Assembly (NCBI RefSeq): GCF_003428155.1
Contig: NZ_QLIR01000030.1
Span: 1-13,302 of the forward strand
Length of the DNA: 13,302 bases
Origin: Fastidiosibacter lacustris
GTDB taxonomy: Bacteria; Pseudomonadota; Gammaproteobacteria; Francisellales; Francisellaceae
Reading direction: 5' to 3'
In this document: in pieces, positions 1 to 6,524 of the stretch
Position numbering within the stretch: position 1 is the first letter of the stretch
Layout: each line of letters begins with the position of its first letter
Made by a program: the position numbers and the translations under genes
The notes under the pieces: generated by a model
What the model was told of the DNA's origin: nothing
The model's database searches: none
What the model saw: only the letters and a program-made list of their open reading frames with translations

Positions 1-1
1 T

Positions 2-85
2 ATCTGGCTACGTGAAAAATTGAATACAATTGCTTTACGCATTCAGAAAGCCAGGGCTATTACTAATAGTTTGTTGACTCAATAG
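2..85 (+). CDS. 3' end of an unidentified CDS (partial, runs off the left edge)
   Basis: Frame 2 is open from the window edge to TAG at 83-85 and reads IWLREKLNTIALRIQKARAITNSLLTQ*. It is convergent with the LuxR-type gene. It is too short to assign a family. Confidence 0.3.
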   Translation: MWLREKLNTIALRIQKARAITNSLLTQ

Positions 86-182
86 CATTCAGACCATACT
101 ATTAACACGACAATTTCCCTTGGTAATGACACTTATACATGTAATTAAAATTACAAACTTGATTAAAATTTCTTATCTTTTG

Positions 183-965
183 CTAAAGAATAATCTTTGC
201 CACTAAAGTTAGCTGTTCTTTTGTGTCTACATTTAATTTTTTTAAAAGTGCCGCAATCACGTTTTGTACTGTACGATAAGATTTATGTAAATGTAATGCA
301 ATTTCTTTAGCTGTACATCCACTTGCAAGAATTTTTAAATACTCCATTTCTTTGACACTCAAATCACTAATGATCAACATCGTTTTATTGTTGACTGGAT
401 CCTTTATGACCCTTTTGGGGATATCTTCATGGTGAATTTCAAAGAAACGCTTAATTCTAATCTGCGAGTAAATAAGGGATATAGCAGAATCAATTACAGA
501 ATATAGTTTAAAAAGGTGGTTAGTTTGCTTTATTTGATTAAAATATTCTCGGTCAATGTTAAAAGCAAAATAATGTTTTTTGCCAAGTACAACTTTTGCT
601 GAAACAAGTGATATTTTATTATTAATAGTATTTGAATATTCTTTTATAAACTTAAATTTGAAGTCATTGAAATAATCAATTACTTGTAAATTAGGGCTTA
701 CGGAAAAGTTAAGGACTTTATCTGCTTGCCACACTTTCGAATAATAGTATGATAAAAGCTCACTAGGCGGAGTAGTTGTTATAATTCCAAATATAAAATC
801 CGTATTAAACACAGAATGAGAAAATGATTCTATTTTATATAACCTTAATAAACTTTGAATAAAATCCAATTTTGATTTTTGATTAGTTGAATCTTCCAAT
901 ATCCATTGAATATCAGAAAGTCCTAGTTGTGAGCTTTTTGGAAGCTTCTTAAGCATATTATTCAT
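183..965 (-). CDS. LuxR/GerE-family transcriptional regulator (LuxR-solo-like, divergent N-terminal domain)
   Basis: The C-terminal LSVKEMEYLKILASGCTAKEIALHLHKSYRTVQNVIAALLKKLNVDTKEQL is a typical LuxR/GerE HTH. The ~200-aa N-terminal domain has the size and loose pattern (FIFG..P..LLSYYYSKVWQADKVL) of an autoinducer-binding-type domain. The ORF is open to 1019, but the ATG at 963-965 (MNNMLKKL...) has GGAG (971-974, minus strand) 5 nt upstream. The extra 18 codons (MFWFIISNQHIIEIYGAV) look non-native. Confidence 0.8.
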   Translation of the reverse strand: MNNMLKKLPKSSQLGLSDIQWILEDSTNQKSKLDFIQSLLRLYKIESFSHSVFNTDFIFGIITTTPPSELLSYYYSKVWQADKVLNFSVSPNLQVIDYFNDFKFKFIKEYSNTINNKISLVSAKVVLGKKHYFAFNIDREYFNQIKQTNHLFKLYSVIDSAISLIYSQIRIKRFFEIHHEDIPKRVIKDPVNNKTMLIISDLSVKEMEYLKILASGCTAKEIALHLHKSYRTVQNVIAALLKKLNVDTKEQLTLVAKIIL

Positions 966-1288
966 AACTGCTCCATAAATCTCAATTATATGTTGATTGC
1001 TTATTATAAACCAAAACATCTACCCACTTTGAGTTGAATATTTTCACTTAAACGATGTAAACTTTTCATAGAGTTTTAACCTTACCTTTAAATTTGATCA
1101 TGAAATATGCATAACATCATTTCAACCTATAATGAGTCCTGTGACACTCTAATTTCCAAATCGCCATCTTCTGTAGTGTAATCATACTCTTCTCTTCTGG
1201 TTTCATCATTCATTCCTAGATTATAAATTAAACCCATTTTATAATTTACGAACAAATTTACACAGTTATTCAAACGTTTTCCTTATCC

Positions 1289-2191
1289 TTAAAAACCAAA
1301 ATTATTAGTGTTTATCCATTTACTTTGAATTAATGTCCACCAATCAACAGCCAAGCCAGATAAAATGTATTTATAGGGCAACCATCCATAACCATGCTCT
1401 CCCCATCCTTGTCCCCATGAATTCTGAATCAAGATAGCACCTTTAGTCACTTCATTATTAGCTGTGTTCACAACCTTCATATCATCATCATAACCTATTG
1501 CTACTACAGCATGACCACCAACAACTCTTTCATTTATATCTGGATAAGGGATAAAACCGCTATCAGATGCTTGTTTTATACTATCATATACAGTAAAACC
1601 AAACATAGATGGATAAGACCCATAAAGATAAGTCTTGATTCTTAATAAGAGTTTATTTTTATCTAGATTTTCAGCATCAAGCCTAAAATATTCTATTGCC
1701 TTATAGTTACTAGCATAAGCATACAAAAATGGTTCTGGATCTTTATTCCAGTCAGGATTAATTTGTCCATCAACATAATAAGGTAAAAATTTTTCTGGTG
1801 GGATGCCAAACATTCTCATCGCTCCCATTGTAGTCCGAATATAACTACCAACGTCATCATTAAACCCTATCAACTTACGTGAAATTTTATATAAAAACAA
1901 TCTAGAAGCTTCAATGTAAGTTGAGAAGGATTTGTTTTCAAAAAACTCTAATAAAGCCACCCCTGCATGTGAAGTGCAGGATCCTAGATGCCCTTGATTT
2001 TTTACATCACTACAATATCTGCGTAAATCAATCGTGGTTGGTAACGTTATATCATCTTTGGATTCTAAACCCATTTTTAATAAAACATCACATATCTTTT
2101 GACCATTTAAGAGTTTATAAGAACACTCTGGTGTAAAGTCCCGATGATCAGGATAGTCTCGAAGCCAACCATATCTATGTTTTGGTAGCAT
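1289..2191 (-). CDS. Papain-family (MEROPS C1) cysteine peptidase with no signal peptide and no I29-type propeptide
   Basis: Catalytic signature is intact: Q66 and C72 in VKNQGHLGSCTSHAG, H227 in VGGHAVVAIGYDDD, N257 plus Trp in IQNSWGQGWGEHGYGWLPY. The N-terminus MLPKHRYGWLRDYPDHRDF is hydrophilic. Consensus SD AAGGAG (2198-2203, minus strand) lies 6 nt before the ATG. Confidence 0.9.
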   Translation of the reverse strand: MLPKHRYGWLRDYPDHRDFTPECSYKLLNGQKICDVLLKMGLESKDDITLPTTIDLRRYCSDVKNQGHLGSCTSHAGVALLEFFENKSFSTYIEASRLFLYKISRKLIGFNDDVGSYIRTTMGAMRMFGIPPEKFLPYYVDGQINPDWNKDPEPFLYAYASNYKAIEYFRLDAENLDKNKLLLRIKTYLYGSYPSMFGFTVYDSIKQASDSGFIPYPDINERVVGGHAVVAIGYDDDMKVVNTANNEVTKGAILIQNSWGQGWGEHGYGWLPYKYILSGLAVDWWTLIQSKWINTNNFGF

Positions 2192-2197
2192 ACGATA

Positions 2198-2203
2198 CTC
2201 CTT
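2198..2203 (-). promoter_or_regulatory. Shine-Dalgarno (AAGGAG) of the C1 peptidase gene
   Basis: The reverse complement of ctcctt at 2198-2203 lies 6 nt upstream of the ATG at 2189-2191. Confidence 0.7.
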
Positions 2204-2614
2204 AATATTTTAGGTTTCGTAAACTAATTTTTTACCGCAACCATAATAATACTCCAGCAATATTAAAACAGCAACGTTCAAAAAAACCAGCGCGACTCAA
2301 ACTGATACTACTCAACGTAAATTTGACATAAAAGGCATCAAAATTAATAGTATTTTCAAGTGGTTTAAGGCTTTTGTGCGATTCTGATAAACTGAGTTTC
2401 GTCAATAATGAATATATTAAGGAACGATAAATAACCTTTCATAACCAGATAAGTTGACCACCACCATAAATTAATGATAAATAATTCGCAAGTAGTATAG
2501 TAAAGCTAAATAAAAATATATTTTTGTCTACTTCATCTTCATCTTGCAATATTTAAAATTCCAATCTACGCTTATTATCGAATTCCCCCACATTTTTTAA
2601 CACAATAAACTTTT

Positions 2615-2620
2615 AGGAGG
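2615..2620 (+). promoter_or_regulatory. Shine-Dalgarno (AGGAGG) of the DUF2845-like gene
   Basis: aggagg lies 5 nt upstream of the ATG at 2626. Confidence 0.7.
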
Positions 2621-2625
2621 CTAAA

Positions 2626-2946
2626 ATGTCTAAAAATAAAACTCTGATTGCAATGACAGCTGCTGGATTATTGATAAGCTCACTTTCCTTAGCTGCTGAA
2701 AATAATTTCTTGCTTAGCTGTAATGGTAAAACAATAAGCTTAAATCAGACACAAGCTGAAGTCATAAAAAGTTGTGGTGAGCCTAGTATCACAAGGAACT
2801 ATAAAAAATCTAAGAGTACTATACTGGCTTATAAATTTGTTGACCCCAATGATAGCTTAATTGTCACTAAAGCGAAGTTCCGCTTTGTAAATGAAAAATT
2901 AAAAGATATTTCTTATGATTCCGAAAATGAAAAATTTGATGATTAA
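2626..2946 (+). CDS. Small secreted/periplasmic protein, DUF2845-like (two conserved Cys)
   Basis: Sec-type signal peptide MSKNKTLIAMTAAGLLISSLSLA|AE. The mature part has C32...C50 in the pattern SCNGKTISLNQTQAEVIKSCGEPS. From memory this matches the C-x17-CGEP signature of DUF2845 proteins. Consensus SD is present. Confidence 0.8.
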   Translation: MSKNKTLIAMTAAGLLISSLSLAAENNFLLSCNGKTISLNQTQAEVIKSCGEPSITRNYKKSKSTILAYKFVDPNDSLIVTKAKFRFVNEKLKDISYDSENEKFDD

Positions 2947-3003
2947 TTATTAGTTTTTATTAGCTCAGTGAATTTACGTATTTTACAATATACCATATGG
3001 CTC

Positions 3004-3009
3004 AAGGAG
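3004..3009 (+). promoter_or_regulatory. Shine-Dalgarno (AAGGAG) of the 2-TM mini-protein gene
   Basis: aaggag lies 7 nt upstream of the ATG at 3017. Confidence 0.65.
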
Positions 3010-3016
3010 AACAATT

Positions 3017-3262
3017 ATGAAGTGTAAAAGCTGTAAACAACCTGCTTCCACCATCGGCTGCCTTATTATTGGAGTTGTATTAGTAGTCCTTAGTATCATC
3101 TTGATTTTAGGTGCTTTTACTTGGTACACTACTGAGACAAGTTTATATGATCTTAGTGATTCTGTTATCACTGGTATGTTAGGGTGTGCGAGCTTAATCA
3201 TAGGGACAATTTTCATTGTTGTTGGGATTGTACTAGCAAAAATTGAAAAGCGTTCATCATAA
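3017..3262 (+). CDS. 81-aa membrane mini-protein with N-terminal CxxC and two predicted TM helices
   Basis: MKCKSCKQPAST is followed by two hydrophobic spans, IGCLIIGVVLVVLSIILILGAF and ITGMLGCASLIIGTIFIVVGIVLA, then a basic tail KIEKRSS. The strong SD favours this ORF over the antisense ORF 2983..3216. Its stop overlaps the convergent nuclease gene stop by 6 nt. Confidence 0.65.
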   Translation: MKCKSCKQPASTIGCLIIGVVLVVLSIILILGAFTWYTTETSLYDLSDSVITGMLGCASLIIGTIFIVVGIVLAKIEKRSS

Positions 3263-5926
3263 AATACTTACTCGACATACAGCTGAAAACTCACAATATT
3301 GACAACTTTTAACCGAAGGAGTGATTATACTTTTACCTTGTAGAAACTGCTGTATCTGTAATTCTAATTGTTTTCGCCAATAGCGTTTCAGTGCATTAAA
3401 GTTTTGTGGAGCATCAACTGATGCTGATTTTTTTGCACCAAAAATCTCAGGCTCACCCTCTTTAATCCAATTCTCAATACTTGAAATACTTTGTAAGCTA
3501 ATATTGGCACCATTTACCGTTGCAACGGCAACTGCGTCACTATCTTCGTAAACAGCATAAAGTGGTAGTTGAGGCTCCATAATAGGGGAGCTTAATAGTC
3601 CACTAATGCTATAATTTTTTGAGATTTTATAATCAATTACCACAGTATAGCCATTACTTAGTTGATCAATTCGATCAACACGCAATTGCAAATTCACTCC
3701 CCCAATTTCAAGCATAAGTGATTTCTCTAATCCAATTACATGAAAAGGTTCTTGACGCATCCTTTCATACTTTAACCACTTCGTAATCAAATCCACTAAA
3801 CGACTTTCTTCTGCTTTTTTAATCACATCTGGCAATTGTGCAAGTAGTAAGATGTTTACTTGTAATGCCGCATCAATATATCGAGAAATTAAGATTTTCA
3901 ATTCATCATCTGTTAGCTTTTGTAAGCTTTGTGAGCCCTTAAGTTCTCGCCATATATGCTCTAACACATGATGAATTACAATCCCTTTGCGAAGTGCTGA
4001 TAAAATGGGTTTATGTGGCTTATCTGCTGTTAGCTTCAACCTATGCACTAAGGCTGCACGATAAGGACACTCAGCAAGGTTCTTAAATATCTGTGTTCCT
4101 CCAGTAATGCTTTGAAGCGCATTTTTATCTACGACTGGTAAACTATCGTCCATAAACGAGATAAAATCAACTTTTGGTTTTAATACTTCTACTCTTGGCT
4201 CATTATGGATTTCGACTGATCCCAATTGACTTATTAAAGCAGATATAGATTGTTGATTTTCTCCCTCAAATTCTGCATAGCTTATACATACTTCATCAGC
4301 TTGCCGAATTAGGCGCTTTGTAATGGTCTTTGCATATATAAATTCTCGCTCTACACTTGAATGTGGCATAGCATACTCCTTTTGAAGTAAGAATGGTAAA
4401 TATGGATTCATACCTCTTAAGCTTGGCCAGTTATTATCACTCATACGAACAATAAACAAATAATCAAAAGCAATTTCAGTAGCTTCTAGCACCCCTAGGA
4501 TTTGAATATTTTTTTCATGAATAGTTTGGGTTTGAAAAACCGTCATAGCCGCTAAATGACTAAGTTCAACTAGCCACTGTGAAATCATAAGCTTAATACC
4601 TAAACGCTCAAATTGAAGAAGCTTATTTAATAACAAATAAAACTTTGATAGCGCTTGGTATTCTAAACTACTCAATGTACATTCATCTAAATAATTTAAA
4701 GCTTCGATCATCTGTTTTATCCAATGAACAAACATATCAACAGACACCTTTTGGGTGGTAGGTATAAGTGTTGTAACCGCTTTTAAGCAATCTTGTAATA
4801 GAGGGTCGAATTGCTCATAAAAAAAAGCATATTGTGTCAATATGCGTAGTGATACAAAACGTGGAAGATCTGTTTTAAGTTTTAAGATCAGTTTTTGGCG
4901 CGATATAGCATATGCTTTATAGCCTTTTACATAACTTGAGCCTAACATAAGCGCAATGTCACTAAAACAATTAACTTTATCAAACTTAAGCCATAAGAAC
5001 AGCTGTTGAATAATCGGTAAATTCAATAACGGTTCACCACCTGAAATGCTATAAGGTCGATACGCATTATCCAATAACGGAAGATGATATATAGCTGGAT
5101 CTAATAAAACTGCATCAAACGTTTCACGCAAATCATAAAATCGGCTTTGTAAGTCAGGAACAATCACACCAATTTTTGCATTTGGCTTCAATTGATGAAT
5201 ACGAAAAACCTCTTGTGCAACTGCATTTATCTCTGTTTTATGATCGACATATTGCCTGATTTTTAGACGCCCCTCTTTTTGTGCTACACTCCAACTACTC
5301 ACTTTGACATTAATATTACGATAGGCTGTCAGCCACGCTTCTATCAAAGGCGGTTTACTATCAAATCCAATTAAAATAATCTGTTTAAGCCTCTGTCTAT
5401 AGCTAAGCTCTTGTAAAAGTTGAGCTTGTAGCAACTGACCGATGCACTGACTCTTATCAATATAGCCTTTATCGTGTAATAAAGCCTGATAGGAAAGCCC
5501 CCAATCTAAAAAATGCTCTACATTCACGTTAGCTTTATGGGTTTCTAGTGTCTTGATATCAATCTGCCAGTTTTGTAGTAACTGCCATGCTGCAAACAGT
5601 TCTTTAGCTTGTTTGATGCTTGGCATAAAGACACGCTCATCTTGCTGCAAAATAGAGAAAAACAAAAACTGTGCTTCATCATCAGAAATAACATATGCCA
5701 AATCCGTGTTTAGCATCTGAGCAAACGTATACGATTTCTTTATAAAAAGATCCAAATTATAAAAATATTCATTAAACAACACACAACGACTATTTTGCAC
5801 ACAATACTGCAAATACAGTTGATTCAAATATTTAGCTAAGCGATTATTTACAGTAATAACAATTGTGCTTTCATCAAGCAACTTAAATAACTCAACATAA
5901 GGCGTATACAATAGAGTATTAGACAT
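3257..5926 (-). CDS. AddB-like PD-(D/E)XK nuclease with C-terminal 4Cys (Fe-S) motif; inactivated helicase-like N-terminal region
   Basis: C-terminal RecB-family nuclease motifs are present: LRVDRID, VVIDYK (D-x-K) and QLPLY. A Cys in AECPYRAA plus C875-x2-C878-x5-C884 (CQYCEFSAVC, nt 3275-3304) gives the AddB-type C...CxxCx5C iron-staple arrangement. No GxxxxGK[ST] Walker A is found anywhere in the 889 aa. Size and layout fit the ~900-aa 'probable DNA repair protein, AddB-like' family of proteobacteria (recalled from memory). Confidence 0.85.
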   Translation of the reverse strand: MSNTLLYTPYVELFKLLDESTIVITVNNRLAKYLNQLYLQYCVQNSRCVLFNEYFYNLDLFIKKSYTFAQMLNTDLAYVISDDEAQFLFFSILQQDERVFMPSIKQAKELFAAWQLLQNWQIDIKTLETHKANVNVEHFLDWGLSYQALLHDKGYIDKSQCIGQLLQAQLLQELSYRQRLKQIILIGFDSKPPLIEAWLTAYRNINVKVSSWSVAQKEGRLKIRQYVDHKTEINAVAQEVFRIHQLKPNAKIGVIVPDLQSRFYDLRETFDAVLLDPAIYHLPLLDNAYRPYSISGGEPLLNLPIIQQLFLWLKFDKVNCFSDIALMLGSSYVKGYKAYAISRQKLILKLKTDLPRFVSLRILTQYAFFYEQFDPLLQDCLKAVTTLIPTTQKVSVDMFVHWIKQMIEALNYLDECTLSSLEYQALSKFYLLLNKLLQFERLGIKLMISQWLVELSHLAAMTVFQTQTIHEKNIQILGVLEATEIAFDYLFIVRMSDNNWPSLRGMNPYLPFLLQKEYAMPHSSVEREFIYAKTITKRLIRQADEVCISYAEFEGENQQSISALISQLGSVEIHNEPRVEVLKPKVDFISFMDDSLPVVDKNALQSITGGTQIFKNLAECPYRAALVHRLKLTADKPHKPILSALRKGIVIHHVLEHIWRELKGSQSLQKLTDDELKILISRYIDAALQVNILLLAQLPDVIKKAEESRLVDLITKWLKYERMRQEPFHVIGLEKSLMLEIGGVNLQLRVDRIDQLSNGYTVVIDYKISKNYSISGLLSSPIMEPQLPLYAVYEDSDAVAVATVNGANISLQSISSIENWIKEGEPEIFGAKKSASVDAPQNFNALKRYWRKQLELQIQQFLQGKSIITPSVKSCQYCEFSAVCRVSIL

Positions 5927-6350
5927 TTTTTAAGATAACCACATCACAAGGTGCGTTATTTGCAATCTTGCTGGCAACAGAACCCATGCGCCCTAAAATG
6001 CCATGATGGTGTCCATTTAAGATCAATAAATCTATTTTATTCTTCTGAGCATATTCAATAATACCATCTGCAACGGAATCCGCCTCAATCAGTTTGCAAT
6101 CTACATATGTTTGTTTCTCGACCTTTTTTGTCACTTCTTGAAATTTCTTTGCTAAACGCTCTTTTATCAGCTGATTAGGCGTTTTTTCCGATACCCCTGC
6201 ACCATATCCATAATCAAAAATGGTTTTATGTACTGTCACCACATGCAGCTTGGCTGATTTTTGTTTAGCGTAATCAGTCAAATGTGTGAGTGTTTTTTCT
6301 ACATCATCATTGACATTAATAGCATAAATAATATTTTTATATTCAAACAT
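5919..6350 (-). CDS. Universal stress protein, UspA-type
   Basis: The 143-aa alpha/beta USP layout begins IIYAINVNDD. The C-terminal DLLILNGHHHGILGRMGSVASKIANNAPCDVVILK resembles the E. coli UspA 'CGHHQ...' class rather than the G-x2-G-x9-G[ST] ATP-binding class. SD AAGGAA (6359-6364, minus strand) lies 8 nt upstream. Confidence 0.85.
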   Translation of the reverse strand: MFEYKNIIYAINVNDDVEKTLTHLTDYAKQKSAKLHVVTVHKTIFDYGYGAGVSEKTPNQLIKERLAKKFQEVTKKVEKQTYVDCKLIEADSVADGIIEYAQKNKIDLLILNGHHHGILGRMGSVASKIANNAPCDVVILKNV

Positions 6351-6524
6351 AAACCAACTTCCTTATATATTTTTGAATTTGCTTATTAAGTGTATACAAG
6401 CTACTGGCTAAACTCAAAGGATTTGTATTTTAAGCTCCACCTTGCAAGTGATCAAAAGTAATGTGTTTAAGATTTTTTTAGACTGGTTTTATGTCTCAAA
6501 TTGTGGTCCAGAATATAAGAAGTA

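Noticed and set aside
140-155. Palindrome tgtaatt-aa-aattaca between the convergent left-edge CDS and the LuxR gene, considered as a bidirectional terminator
   Set aside because: The stem is all A/T apart from a single G-C pair, the loop is 2 nt, and there is no U-tract. Such palindromes are expected by chance in DNA this AT-rich.
966-1019. Upstream ATG at 1019 as the LuxR start
   Set aside because: The extra 18 residues (MFWFIISNQHIIEIYGAV) have no SD. The internal ATG at 965 has GGAG at 5-nt spacing. The upstream start remains possible and is not excluded.
1289-1340. C-terminal Dot/Icm-type translocation signal in the C1 peptidase
   Set aside because: The C-terminus (..TLIQSKWINTNNFGF) shows no convincing E-block or small-polar enrichment by eye, and the host taxon is unknown. 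The idea is kept only as a hypothesis to test, not a call.
1921-2136. 71-aa plus-strand ORF inside the C1 peptidase gene
   Set aside because: It is antisense to a CDS with unmistakable catalytic motifs. It has no SD and a low-complexity, non-protein-like sequence.
2389-2399. AAACTGAGTTT palindrome in the divergent control region, considered as a possible lux-box-like operator
   Set aside because: The arms are only 5 bp and do not extend. This is far shorter than 18-20-bp lux boxes and not distinguishable from chance.
2983-3216. 77-aa minus-strand ORF overlapping the 2-TM mini-protein gene
   Set aside because: The plus-strand ORF has a consensus SD and a coherent 2-TM architecture. The minus-strand ORF has neither.
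6441-6448. cttgcaag palindrome downstream of radA/upstream of usp, considered as a terminator or operator
   Set aside because: It is a loop-less 8-bp palindrome with no flanking U-tract and no second copy.
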